DNA of 64,000 nucleotides from Escherichia coli (GTDB lineage Bacteria; Pseudomonadota; Gammaproteobacteria; Enterobacterales; Enterobacteriaceae): NCBI RefSeq assembly GCF_003018115.1, contig NZ_CP027457.1; one strand, 5' to 3'. Shown piece by piece: positions 35,621 to 45,207 of this stretch (position 1 is its first letter; each line of letters starts with the position of its first letter). The notes under the pieces were generated by a model. It saw only the letters and a program-made list of their open reading frames with translations, ran no database searches and was not told where the DNA came from. The position numbers and the translations under genes were made by a program.

Positions 35621-35863
35621 ATGAGTACTGATATTTCAATTCGTGTACCAAAAGAGATGGCTACGCCTGCAGAGTTCGCGGAATGGGAAGGTATCTCCCG
35701 CGGCTCCGTGTATCAAAAAATTCACCATGGTCAGCTTGCTAAATACATGGTCAAGAAAGAAAAAAACAAAGGCCGCGTAAGCCTGCGTTATTTAATGTAC
35801 AAAACCGATCAGGTCCGTGAATCCCTCGGTCATTCCAACTTCCGCGTCATTGTTGGTAAGTAA
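35621..35863 (+). CDS. apl: Apl/Cox-type excisionase and lytic-switch regulator
   Basis: 80-aa basic HTH protein, first gene of the rightward early operon opposite cI. Confidence 0.65.
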   Translation: MSTDISIRVPKEMATPAEFAEWEGISRGSVYQKIHHGQLAKYMVKKEKNKGRVSLRYLMYKTDQVRESLGHSNFRVIVGK

Positions 35864-35895
35864 GTTCAATTATGAGAACTTTCTAAGGGGGTAGC

Positions 35896-36405
35896 ATGTT
35901 TGATTATAAGATTTCCAAACACCCGCATTTTGATGAAGCCTGTAGAGCTTTTGCACTTCGTCACAATATGGCGAAGCTGGCAGAACGTGCAGGAATGAAT
36001 GTCCAGACTTTGCGAAACAAACTCAACCCAGATCAACCGCATCAGCTAAATGCGCCAGAAATCTGGCTGCTTACCGATCTGACTGAAGATTCAACGCTGA
36101 TAGATGGTTTTCTGGCACAGATTCACTGCCTGCCATGTGTACCGATTAATGAGGTAGCAAAAGAGAAACTGCCGCATTACGTCATGAGTGCAACTGCAGA
36201 GATCGGGCGTGTTGCTGCTGGTGCGGTATCTGGCGATGTAAAAACCAGTGCAGGTCGTCGTGATGCTATCAGCAGCATTAACTCTGTAACACGACTGATG
36301 GCGCTGGCTGCTGTTTCATTGCAGGCCCGTTTACAGGCTAACCCGGCGATGGCGAGTGCAGTTGATACCATGACTGGCCTTGGTGCTTCATTCGGTTTGC
36401 TGTGA
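35896..36405 (+). CDS. cII: Phage 186-type CII lysogeny-establishment activator
   Basis: 169-aa ORF MFDYKISKHPHFDEACRAFALRHNMAKLAERAGMNVQTLRNKLNPDQPHQ... closely resembles remembered 186 CII. Confidence 0.75.
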   Translation: MFDYKISKHPHFDEACRAFALRHNMAKLAERAGMNVQTLRNKLNPDQPHQLNAPEIWLLTDLTEDSTLIDGFLAQIHCLPCVPINEVAKEKLPHYVMSATAEIGRVAAGAVSGDVKTSAGRRDAISSINSVTRLMALAAVSLQARLQANPAMASAVDTMTGLGASFGLL

Positions 36406-36613
36406 GGTGCTTATGCTTACGAAAGAACCATCATTTGCATCACTGCTGGTTAAACAAAGCCCGGCAATGCACTACGGTCACGGCTGGATCATGGGTGAGG
36501 ATGGTAAACGCTGGCATCCGTGCCGTTCACAAGATGAATTGCTGGCAGAACTATCTACGAAAAAACGGGGGAACAAATGGCTATTGAAGGCGCTGCGGCG
36601 ACTGTTCCATTAA
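36380..36613 (+). CDS. Early-region hypothetical protein (fil-position)
   Basis: ORF in the early operon; likely true start MLTKEPSF near 36412. Confidence 0.4.
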   Translation: MVLHSVCCEVLMLTKEPSFASLLVKQSPAMHYGHGWIMGEDGKRWHPCRSQDELLAELSTKKRGNKWLLKALRRLFH

Positions 36614-36918
36614 GCCCCGGTGAACGCCTGAATGGACTTAATCATATTGCGGAGTTAAGGGCGAAAGTTTTTGGTCTTAATATTGAGTCAGAGCTTGAGC
36701 GGTTTATTAAAGATATGCGTGATCCACGGGATATTAATAGCGAACAAAATAAACGGGCACTGGCTGCCATATTCTTTATGGCAAAAATTCCAGCTGAACG
36801 TCATAGCATCAGCATTAATGAGCTGACCACTGACGAAAAGCGGGAGTTGATTAAAGCAATGAATCATTTTCGTGCAGTGGTGAGCTTATTTCCCAGACGG
36901 TTAACCATGCCGAATTAA
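36577..36918 (+). CDS. Early-region hypothetical protein
   Basis: 113-aa ORF in the early operon, overlapping its neighbours. Confidence 0.4.
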   Translation: MAIEGAAATVPLSPGERLNGLNHIAELRAKVFGLNIESELERFIKDMRDPRDINSEQNKRALAAIFFMAKIPAERHSISINELTTDEKRELIKAMNHFRAVVSLFPRRLTMPN

Positions 36919-36979
36919 TCAACTAATGAAATTAATGGCGTAAACCCGCCGGGCATCCCTTTATCTAAATTCAGGAGAA

Positions 36980-37219
36980 TTGATTATGCGTAATATTGAA
37001 ACCCTCACGACTAAAACCGGACCGGATGATGCAGGTCTTAATCTTTTACTGACAGAGGCCCGTCTTGAAGAATGCCGGGCAAGGGCTGAAGCAATGGCAG
37101 CTCGCCTTGATAGTCTGGCGTGTCATATTACATCCCGCCAGCTAAACCACGTCGAAGCGGCAGAACTGCTGCGTGTGACTGCTGAAGCAATCCAGAACGA
37201 AGCGCAGGAGATCCACTAA
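36980..37219 (+). CDS. Early-region hypothetical protein
   Basis: 79-aa ORF; good coding periodicity; ends where the next gene starts. Confidence 0.4.
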   Translation: MIMRNIETLTTKTGPDDAGLNLLLTEARLEECRARAEAMAARLDSLACHITSRQLNHVEAAELLRVTAEAIQNEAQEIH

Positions 37220-37446
37220 TGGCTGATGCAATGGATCTCGTACAGCAGCGCGTTGAAGAAGAACGCCAGCGCCATATCCGTGCTGCCCGTGCCAGAACGC
37301 CGGGCGTGTCACGCGTGCTTTGCATTGAATGTGAAGCGCCAATTCCGCCAGCAAGACGCCGCGCCATTCCGGGAGTGCAGCTTTGCATTACCTGCCAGGA
37401 AATAGCAGAGCTGAAAGGCAAACATTACAACGGAGGTGCTGTATGA
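37219..37446 (+). CDS. TraR/DksA-family C4 zinc-finger protein
   Basis: 75-aa ORF with CIECEAPIP...LCITCQE four-cysteine motif. Confidence 0.6.
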   Translation: MADAMDLVQQRVEEERQRHIRAARARTPGVSRVLCIECEAPIPPARRRAIPGVQLCITCQEIAELKGKHYNGGAV

Positions 37447-38300
37447 GCACCATCCTGAAATGGGCGGGTAATAAAACCGCCGTTATGTCCGAACTGAAAA
37501 AATACCTTCCTGCTGGCCCGCGACTGGTTGAACCTTTCGCGGGTTCCTGTGCAGTGATGATGGAGACGGATTACCCAAGCTATCTGGTAGCGGATATTAA
37601 TCCTGATTTAATCAACCTCTATAAAAAGGTTGCTGCTGATTGTGAGGTGTTTATATCTCGCGCCAGAATTTTGTTTGAGGAAGCAAACAGTGAGCTGGCT
37701 TATTACAACATAAGGCAGGAGTTTAATTACTCAACTGAAATTACTGATTTCATGAAATCGGTATATTTCCTGTATCTCAATCGTCATGGTTACCGTGGGT
37801 TATGTCGCTATAACAAGAGCGGGCATTTCAACATTCCCTACGGTAATTATAAAAAACCGTATTTCCCTGAAAAAGAAATTCGCGCATTTGCAGAGAAAGC
37901 CCAGCGGGCAACGTTTATCTGCGCCAGCTTTGATGAAACGCTGGCGATGTTGAAGGCGGGGGATGTGGTGTATTGCGATCCGCCGTATGACGGTACGTTT
38001 TCCGGCTATCACACTGATGGCTTCACTGAGGATGACCAGTATCACCTGGCATCCGTTCTTGAACATCGATCATCTGAAGGTCATCCGGTCATTGTTTCTA
38101 ACAGTGACACATCCCTGATTCGTTCGCTGTATCGCAATTTCACTCACCACTACATCAAGGCAAAACGCAGCATCGGCGTGTCGGCTGGCGAGAGTAAATC
38201 TGCAACAGAAATCATTGCTGTTTCCGGGGCGCGCTGCTGGGTGGGATTTGATCCTTCGCGTGGCGTGGATAGTTCTGCTGTGTACGAGGTGCGTGTATGA
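37443..38300 (+). CDS. DNA adenine (N6) methyltransferase, Dam-like
   Basis: Start [12 protein letters not shown] (AdoMet region) and DPPY catalytic motif ([11 protein letters not shown]); translationally coupled to gene A. Confidence 0.8.
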   Translation: MSTILKWAGNKTAVMSELKKYLPAGPRLVEPFAGSCAVMMETDYPSYLVADINPDLINLYKKVAADCEVFISRARILFEEANSELAYYNIRQEFNYSTEITDFMKSVYFLYLNRHGYRGLCRYNKSGHFNIPYGNYKKPYFPEKEIRAFAEKAQRATFICASFDETLAMLKAGDVVYCDPPYDGTFSGYHTDGFTEDDQYHLASVLEHRSSEGHPVIVSNSDTSLIRSLYRNFTHHYIKAKRSIGVSAGESKSATEIIAVSGARCWVGFDPSRGVDSSAVYEVRV

Positions 38301-40711
38301 GTCATGACGATATGAGCAACTCTAGCGGCTTTAACGAGGCCGCAGCAGCATTTTCATGGAACGGCCCGAAAAAGGCCATTAACCCTTATCTGGACCCGGC
38401 GGAAGTTGCGCCGGAGTCTGCACTTTCAAACATGATCACTCTGTACGCTGCCGATAACGAGCAGGAACAGCTGCGCCGCGATGCACTGAGTGAGCAGGTC
38501 TGGGAGCGTTATTTCTTTAATGAATCCCGTGATCCTGTCCAGCGCGAAATGGAGCAGGATAAGCTCATTAGCCGCGCAAAGCTTGCGCATGAGCAGCAGC
38601 GTTTTAACCCGGACATGGTCATTCTGGCAGATGTCAGCGCCCAGCCTACCCACATCAGCAAGCCGCTGATGCAACGTATCGAATACTTCAGTAGCCTGGG
38701 CAGGCCAAAGGCTTATTCCTGCTATTTGCGTGAGACGATTAAGCCATGTCTGGAGCGACTGGATTGTGTACGCGACAGTCAGCTATCCGCTTCTTTCCGT
38801 TTTATGGCAAGCCATCAAGGGCTTGAGGGCCTGCTGATCCTGCCTGAAATGAGTCAGGATCAGGTAAAACGCCTGTCCACCCTGGTAGCAGCGCATATGA
38901 GCATGTGTCTTGAGGTCGCTTGTGGTGATTTGTATGCCACCGATGACGTTAAGCCAGAAGAAATCCGCAAGGCATGGGAAAAGGTGGCAGCGGAAACCCT
39001 GCGTCTGGATGTTATCCCGCCTGCGTTTGAGAAACTTCGTCGGAAAAGAAACCGCCGCAAACCAGTGCCCTATGAACTCATACCGGGTTCGATGGCACGT
39101 ATGCTTTGCGCCGACTGGTGGTATCGAAAATTGTGGAAGATGCGTTGCGAATGGCGGGAAGAGCAGTTGCGTGCTGTCTGTCTGGTCAGCAAAAAAGCAT
39201 CTCCCTATGTCAGCTATGAAGCAGTGACGCATAAACGTGAGCAGCGCCGCAAGTCGCTGGAGTTTTTCCGTTCTCATGAACTGGTGAACGAAGACGGAGA
39301 CACGCTGGATATGGAAGATGTGGTAAACGCCAGCAGCAGCAACCCGGCACATCGCCGAAATGAGATGATGGCCTGCGTTAAAGGTCTGGAGCTTATCGCG
39401 GAAATGCGTGGTGACTGCGCCGTTTTCTACACTATCACCTGTCCGTCACGTTTCCATTCCACGCTAAATAACGGCAGGCCCAACCCGACCTGGACAAATG
39501 CGACTGTAAGACAAAGCAGTGATTATCTGGTCGGCATGTTTGCTGCATTTCGTAAGGCGATGCACAAAGCCGGGTTGCGTTGGTATGGCGTGCGGGTGGC
39601 TGAGCCGCACCATGACGGTACTGTGCACTGGCATCTTATGTGCTTCATGCGTAAAAAAGACCGCCGCGCCATCACTGCATTACTGCGTAAGTTTGCCATC
39701 CGTGAAGACCGCGAGGAGCTGGGCAATAACACTGGGCCGCGCTTTAAGTCTGAGCTGATTAATCCGCGCAAAGGAACGCCGACAAGCTACATCGCGAAAT
39801 ATATCAGTAAGAACATTGACGGGCGTGGTCTGGCTGGCGAGATCAGCAAGGAAACGGGTAAATCTCTGCGTGATAACGCTGAATACGTGAATGCCTGGGC
39901 GTCTCTGCATCGTGTTCAGCAATTCCGCTTCTTTGGTATTCCGGGGCGTCAGACTTACCGTGAACTGCGATTGCTGGCTGGTCAGGCGGCAAGGCTACAG
40001 GGTGACAAAAAAGCAGGTGCGCCGGTACTGGATAACCCACGTCTTGATGCCATCCTGGCTGCTGCTGATGCTGGCTGTTTTGCGACCTACATCATGAAGC
40101 AGGGCGGCGTGCTGGTTCCCCGCAAATATCACCTTATCAGAACAGCTTATGAAATTAACGAAGAGCCGACCGCCTATGGCGATCACGGTATTCGTATTTA
40201 TGGCATCTGGTCACCCATTGCAGAGGGCAAGATCTGCACTCATGCAGTGAAGTGGAAAATGGTTAGTAAGGCCGTTGACGTTCAGGAGGCGGCAGCCGAC
40301 CAGGGCGCTTGCGCCCCTTGGACTCGTGGCAATAACTGTCCCCTTGCTGAAAATTTGAACCAACAAGGGAAAGACAAATCAGCTGATGGGGACTCCAGAA
40401 CGGATATTACCCGTATGAATGACAAGGAGTTGCACGATTACCTGCACAGTATGAGCAAAAAAGAGCGCCGGGAACTGGCTGCAAGGTTACGCCAGGTGAA
40501 ACCGAAACGGCGTAAAGACTACAAACAGCGAATTACAGACCATCAGCGACAGCAGCTCGTCTATGAACTGAAGTCCAGGGGATTTGATGGCAGCGAGAAA
40601 GAAGTCGATTTGCTCCTTCGCGGCGGCAGTATTCCGTCAGGAGCAGGCCTGCGTATCTTCTATCGGAACCAGCGTCTGAAGGAAGATGATAAGTGGCGGA
40701 ACCTGTATTAA
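38297..40711 (+). CDS. P2 gpA-type replication initiation protein (rolling-circle endonuclease)
   Basis: 804-aa ORF with HUH-type region (HHDGTVHWH) and a Tyr-containing motif; canonical position after the early operon. Confidence 0.8.
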   Translation: MSHDDMSNSSGFNEAAAAFSWNGPKKAINPYLDPAEVAPESALSNMITLYAADNEQEQLRRDALSEQVWERYFFNESRDPVQREMEQDKLISRAKLAHEQQRFNPDMVILADVSAQPTHISKPLMQRIEYFSSLGRPKAYSCYLRETIKPCLERLDCVRDSQLSASFRFMASHQGLEGLLILPEMSQDQVKRLSTLVAAHMSMCLEVACGDLYATDDVKPEEIRKAWEKVAAETLRLDVIPPAFEKLRRKRNRRKPVPYELIPGSMARMLCADWWYRKLWKMRCEWREEQLRAVCLVSKKASPYVSYEAVTHKREQRRKSLEFFRSHELVNEDGDTLDMEDVVNASSSNPAHRRNEMMACVKGLELIAEMRGDCAVFYTITCPSRFHSTLNNGRPNPTWTNATVRQSSDYLVGMFAAFRKAMHKAGLRWYGVRVAEPHHDGTVHWHLMCFMRKKDRRAITALLRKFAIREDREELGNNTGPRFKSELINPRKGTPTSYIAKYISKNIDGRGLAGEISKETGKSLRDNAEYVNAWASLHRVQQFRFFGIPGRQTYRELRLLAGQAARLQGDKKAGAPVLDNPRLDAILAAADAGCFATYIMKQGGVLVPRKYHLIRTAYEINEEPTAYGDHGIRIYGIWSPIAEGKICTHAVKWKMVSKAVDVQEAAADQGACAPWTRGNNCPLAENLNQQGKDKSADGDSRTDITRMNDKELHDYLHSMSKKERRELAARLRQVKPKRRKDYKQRITDHQRQQLVYELKSRGFDGSEKEVDLLLRGGSIPSGAGLRIFYRNQRLKEDDKWRNLY

Positions 40712-40803
40712 TTACGCGGGTTAACAATTCGTGCTCTTAATAATACCAGGCATATCAGGCCGATGAACGTAAAAAAACGTTTTACATCAGTAAGATTATT
40801 GTA

Positions 40804-40823
40804 TACTGTAAATATAAACAGTG
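40804..40823. promoter_or_regulatory. LexA box (SOS operator)
   Basis: tactgtaaatataaacagtg fits CTGT-N8-ACAG with AT-rich spacer; a weaker partial copy lies just downstream; sits about 40 bp upstream of the 40864 start codon. Confidence 0.7.
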
Positions 40824-40863
40824 GTTATGTATACAGTATTGTTTTGGTGTCATAGGAGGAAAG

Positions 40864-41052
40864 ATGCAGGACTATTTTTTGGAGTCTTTGAAGCTCCAGC
40901 GCATTGATTTTTTTCTTAAGCTTGTAGCGGCTAGTGAGTGTAGTGATGAAGAGAAGGGGCTGGCTCTGCAGTGGGTTTCTGAATTGACTGATGAACTCAT
41001 GGCAAAAATCAGAAGCCACGAATACAACCGCTCAATGGATGTCATCAGCTGA
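40864..41052 (+). CDS. SOS-regulated small protein, first gene of the DinI-like module
   Basis: 62-aa ORF with strong RBS taggaggaaag; directly downstream of the LexA box. Confidence 0.5.
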   Translation: MQDYFLESLKLQRIDFFLKLVAASECSDEEKGLALQWVSELTDELMAKIRSHEYNRSMDVIS

Positions 41053-41062
41053 GGTGACTTTT

Positions 41063-41296
41063 ATGCGCATTGAAATAATGATCGATAAAGAGCAGAAGAT
41101 TAGCCAGTCTACCCTGGACGCCCTTGAATCCGAGCTTTACCGCAATCTGCGCCCCCTGTATCCCAAAACGGTAATTCGCATTCGCAAAGGTAGCTCTAAC
41201 GGTGTGGAACTAACCGGACTGCAACTGGATGAAGAAAGAAAACAAGTGATGAAAATTATGCAGAAGGTGTGGGAGGACGACAGCTGGCTGCATTAA
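41063..41296 (+). CDS. DinI-family protein
   Basis: MRIEIMIDKEQKISQSTLDALESELYRNLRPLYPKTVIRIRKGSSNGVELTG...WEDDSWL resembles DinI (MRIEV...WESADDWF); RBS gaggtg; the ORF-track upstream extension is rejected. Confidence 0.75.
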   Translation: MRIEIMIDKEQKISQSTLDALESELYRNLRPLYPKTVIRIRKGSSNGVELTGLQLDEERKQVMKIMQKVWEDDSWLH

Positions 41297-41488
41297 GAAA
41301 TGTTGCCCCCAGGAGGATTCATTCTGATGGGGGCTAGTTTGGGCAATGAGTGAAATAAGGCGTAAGGTGGGCGGTTATTTTGATAAGTGATCGTCCGCTT
41401 TGTGTCAGAAGCAGAAGCGGGAGTGTCTGAGACTCTCTAAAAGTTGATGATTCACTTACAAAACCATTTTCCTGATGGATGCTTACAC

Positions 41489-41824
41489 TTACGAATGATC
41501 ATTCTGTTTAGTCTTCATGAGAAAATCCCGAATCTTTGCCAAGTTTGAATTTTCGGGGATTGAATCCATGTACGGATCACGCTCAAACACTAATTGCTCA
41601 GATTCAACGAAAGCCTGCCACTCTACTGGGTCTAGCTCAAATCCCATTGCTGTCATATCACTTTCATCTTCCCCCTCGATCCAGTGGACTAAATAAAACA
41701 ATTCATCATCAGGAGAATCATCCTCACCATCAACAATATCAACATCGGTTACAGTGATACGTAGGGTGGGATCGATTTTTGAGACATAAATTCCTAACTG
41801 TGGTATAGGGGGAATATTGTTCAT
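41489..41824 (-). CDS. Small highly acidic hypothetical protein (111 aa)
   Basis: AT-rich ORF; long Asp/Glu runs (DVDIVDGEDDSPDDELFYLVHWIEGEDESD); divergent from the DUF262 gene in the A-Q accessory hotspot. Confidence 0.55.
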   Translation of the reverse strand: MNNIPPIPQLGIYVSKIDPTLRITVTDVDIVDGEDDSPDDELFYLVHWIEGEDESDMTAMGFELDPVEWQAFVESEQLVFERDPYMDSIPENSNLAKIRDFLMKTKQNDHS

Positions 41825-42356
41825 GGAAACTCCTTTTATTGGTGTTTGCTATTTGAATAAAAATACGCCAAACAGAGTGTTAACTGTGAATATGGAAAGA
41901 ATCGTTGTAAGTACCCCACTTAGGTGTCCCATTCTATTTTAGAGGTTCTCGTGCATATGGATTATGTTATCTGAAAGTTAACTTCCGCTTCCCGTTCACA
42001 GCGAACATTCATCTTTGTAAACCCGTATGATCCGTTTTTCAAGTGGCCATTCAGATACGGATTTTCACTTCCTTGACAGTGCATGACTATGCTGCATGAA
42101 ATCGCATGATCGATTGAGGATCGTCTTTGCTCAGATCCGCCAGAACTGGCGGGCTTTTGCTCATGTCATGCATGTGCATGAAAACCACTGCATAAAGCGG
42201 GCAGGCGTGGCGGGGATACGAGCGCGCTCTGATATGAAAATCTGAACAAAAAATTACAAAATGGTATCTTTTTGTTGCTATCATCATTTTTGATGGTAAC
42301 TTAACCTTTTCAGTTTCTATATTATAAAATTCTATCCAGAAGAAGGAATTTGTTTC

Positions 42357-44138
42357 ATGGCTGAACTATTACCGCAAACAACTTCTATACAAACTATTTA
42401 TTCATGGTTTACTGAAGGTAAGATATTTGTTAATAGACGTTATCAACGAAAATTAGTTTGGACTGCAATAGAGAAACAAAAATTAATTGAATCCATTCAA
42501 AAAAAATATCCAATTCCTGCAGTTCTTCTCGCGGAAAGGGAAAATGATCCTGGCACATATGAAATAATTGATGGCCTACAAAGATTACATGCAATAATGT
42601 CTTTCATCGAAACAGGATATGAATCACTTGATGGAAAACGTTTTAATCTGGACGCTTTTCCCACAGCGAAAAATCGAGCGGATGAAGGTAAGTTTGTTGC
42701 AGTGAAAGCTGATAATCTTTTAAGTCAGCGTGAGGTTACTCAGTTATTGGATTATTCTCTTGCAATGTCCATTATGCGTAATGCGACTGAGAACGAAATA
42801 AATGATGTTTTTGATAGAATTAATACATACGGGCATAGACTTAGTGATCAAGAAAGGCGCCAGGCTGGTATACAAAATAAATTTTCAAATATGGTTAGGG
42901 ATATTGCCTGTTCTATCAGGGGGGATGTATCTGACGACATATTGCTTTTAGAGCAAATGCCGTCTATTAGCATTGATTTGCCACTAACTAAACATGGTTA
43001 CCAAATTCAGTCGGAAGAAGTATTTTGGGTAAAACATGGGATCTTACGTTCAACAGACCTTCGTGACAGTATGGATGAGCAATGCATTGCAGATATAGCA
43101 GCTTGTATTGTTGGAGGTAAGTTAATAGATCGTTCCAAAGATGCGCTTGATCAGATTTATAATAATGAAGATGAAGAGTATAGTCGTATTAGCTCTGCTA
43201 TTAATGTTTATGGTGAAGGAAAATTTGCAGAAGAGTTTAAATTCTGCATCCAGGAAATAACAAAAGTATGTAATAGTGACGGTGAAATTAAACTCAGGGA
43301 TTTAATCTTTACTAAACGTACTACAAATGCTTTCCCAGCCATATTTGCTGTGTTATTTATTGCTTTTCATGAATTACTCATTAAAGAAAATAAGAAGATT
43401 AATAATTATAAAGGTGTAAAAGACAATCTTAATAATATAGTCACTCGACTAGATACTAAAAGATCTGCTACTGGTGGGGAAGAGAGAAGAAAGAATATTA
43501 ATTCTATCATAGGCTTGATTAAAGATAACTTTATTGATAGCGCCGATAGCAGTCATATCTATAATTCTCACAATACGGTGGATATTGAGGATATTTTACG
43601 AAGATCTGAAATAGAGCTTGCAAATTATGAACTGAAACAGGGTTTGTTGATGTTAGGCGGAGAGCGAACTATTGATGATGGCATTCATGAGAAAATATTC
43701 TCCACAATTTGTGCTATTGCTAACATCGGTAAAGGTAACAAGAACGGTGTAGTTGGTAAGTTATTGCTTGGTGTAACAGATAAACCAAGTGATACAAGTA
43801 GAGTAAAAGAGCTTGATGATATAGATGCACATGTAGTTGGTGAGAGAAGTGTTGTTGGTGTTAAAAGAGAAGCTATTAAACTCGGCATATCAATGGAAGA
43901 ATATTATAGACGTTTTTGCGATGAGTTGAAAAAATCTGCTTTGAGTGAGCCTCTTAAATCACAAGTGGTGAGTTTGATTGACTATAATGACTTTTATGGT
44001 TATGGAGTTATAGTTATTACAATTCCACTTCTAGCATCTTATTCTAGTTATGATGGGGATATTTATTATCGTGCTGGCGATAATACCGTAAAAGCAACAG
44101 TTATCGAAGCAGCAGATATTGCAACACGTTTTAAATGA
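42357..44138 (+). CDS. DUF262 (ParB-like nuclease superfamily) N-terminal domain protein with uncharacterized C-terminal half; candidate anti-phage defense protein
   Basis: 593-aa AT-rich ORF; N-terminal motifs RRYQRKLVW ... IIDGLQRL ... VFDRINTYGHRLSDQE match the DUF262 pattern (xQRxxVW ... DGQQR ... FxRxN); located where P2 carries tin/old. Confidence 0.7.
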   Translation: MAELLPQTTSIQTIYSWFTEGKIFVNRRYQRKLVWTAIEKQKLIESIQKKYPIPAVLLAERENDPGTYEIIDGLQRLHAIMSFIETGYESLDGKRFNLDAFPTAKNRADEGKFVAVKADNLLSQREVTQLLDYSLAMSIMRNATENEINDVFDRINTYGHRLSDQERRQAGIQNKFSNMVRDIACSIRGDVSDDILLLEQMPSISIDLPLTKHGYQIQSEEVFWVKHGILRSTDLRDSMDEQCIADIAACIVGGKLIDRSKDALDQIYNNEDEEYSRISSAINVYGEGKFAEEFKFCIQEITKVCNSDGEIKLRDLIFTKRTTNAFPAIFAVLFIAFHELLIKENKKINNYKGVKDNLNNIVTRLDTKRSATGGEERRKNINSIIGLIKDNFIDSADSSHIYNSHNTVDIEDILRRSEIELANYELKQGLLMLGGERTIDDGIHEKIFSTICAIANIGKGNKNGVVGKLLLGVTDKPSDTSRVKELDDIDAHVVGERSVVGVKREAIKLGISMEEYYRRFCDELKKSALSEPLKSQVVSLIDYNDFYGYGVIVITIPLLASYSSYDGDIYYRAGDNTVKATVIEAADIATRFK

Positions 44139-44142
44139 AAGA

Positions 44143-44166
44143 ACGCCTGCTCAGGCAGGCGTTAAT
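44143..44166. terminator. Bidirectional terminator hairpin between the DUF262 gene and portal gene
   Basis: aacgcctgctcaggcaggcgtt perfect hairpin between convergent genes. Confidence 0.6.
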
Positions 44167-44178
44167 TATAAACAGGAA

Positions 44179-45207
44179 CTACAAAATATATTTATTAAAT
44201 GTAATTATATTTTCATCCAGCCAACAATTAAGCGCTTGCATCAATTTTTGCAAAGGTAAAAGCTCATTCCGCACAAATACCTTACTAGCTTTCTCTACAT
44301 CCCCAAACCCCCCGACATTGCTAGGCATAATCCCCATCATTTGCGGCGGTACGCGGTGCGCCGCCATCATGTCGTCCCGGCTCACGTTCTTGATATTCAG
44401 AAACTCATCCTTCGCCGCGACTTCTGACAGAGGAATGATCTGAAGCCCATCCTTTTTGCCGTTAGGCGAGTACATAAACAGGTTGCGGAAGTTACCCGGT
44501 CCTTTGGCGCTTTTCATTGCGTTGCGGAGGTTGTTCACATCCTCCTGGTTTTGCGCGGCATCGGTCATGTACATGATGAAGCCTGCATGACTGCCGTTAA
44601 TGTAATACTTCCGGCGGAACAGCGTGGCGGACTCGTTGAGCAGGGCTGACGGAATGGCAGAAAGATAACCGGGCAGGCCGTAGATCTCCTGGTTGATATC
44701 CGGTTCCATCAGGTGAAAAATGCTGCCTTTCGTGAACTGATACGGTTGCGTTGTCATGCCGTATTGCACAAACCAGTAGGTATCCAGGTCTAATCCACGT
44801 CGGGTGTATTTTGCCAGGGCAGGCTCAAGGGCGATAACTTCACCGAATCGGTTCGTGCGTTTCTCCAGGTAGGCGTTACCAAATACCAGATAGTCCTGCA
44901 CAAAACGCGAAAAAGCCTGCTGGCTGAGCAGCGGATGAGGGATATAGGTACTGGTCAGAATGTTGCACTTTACTGCAATCGGGGAACTGTGATGCACGGC
45001 GGCGCGGAAGGTGCGCGCCAGTCCGTCAAAGCTGACGGGCGGCTCATACCAGCGGTCCATCTGTACGCATTCCACATAGTCCAGCAGTTCACGGCGGTCC
45101 AGAACAGGAACGGGATCGCCGAAGCTGAATGCTTCGGCTGTAGTTTGACTTTTAAGCTGGATCTGTTTCGTCGCCGCAGCTCGGTTCTTCTTACTCTTTC
45201 CCATCAA
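44179..45207 (-). CDS. Portal protein (P2 gpQ-like)
   Basis: 342-aa ORF, size and position of gpQ, overlaps terminase stop. Confidence 0.8.
   Translation of the reverse strand: MMGKSKKNRAAATKQIQLKSQTTAEAFSFGDPVPVLDRRELLDYVECVQMDRWYEPPVSFDGLARTFRAAVHHSSPIAVKCNILTSTYIPHPLLSQQAFSRFVQDYLVFGNAYLEKRTNRFGEVIALEPALAKYTRRGLDLDTYWFVQYGMTTQPYQFTKGSIFHLMEPDINQEIYGLPGYLSAIPSALLNESATLFRRKYYINGSHAGFIMYMTDAAQNQEDVNNLRNAMKSAKGPGNFRNLFMYSPNGKKDGLQIIPLSEVAAKDEFLNIKNVSRDDMMAAHRVPPQMMGIMPSNVGGFGDVEKASKVFVRNELLPLQKLMQALNCWLDENIITFNKYIL

Noticed and set aside
40991-41062. Upstream extension of the DinI-like ORF, or fusion of the 62-aa ORF with DinI into one Tum-like protein
   Set aside because: The DinI-like protein starts naturally at MRIE with its own RBS; the extension overlaps the 62-aa ORF in another frame and no frameshift is needed to explain the two genes
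42087-42287. 66-aa minus-strand ORF in the leader of the DUF262 gene
   Set aside because: No RBS, His/Cys/Arg-rich odd composition, overlaps a hairpin-rich region; more likely non-coding
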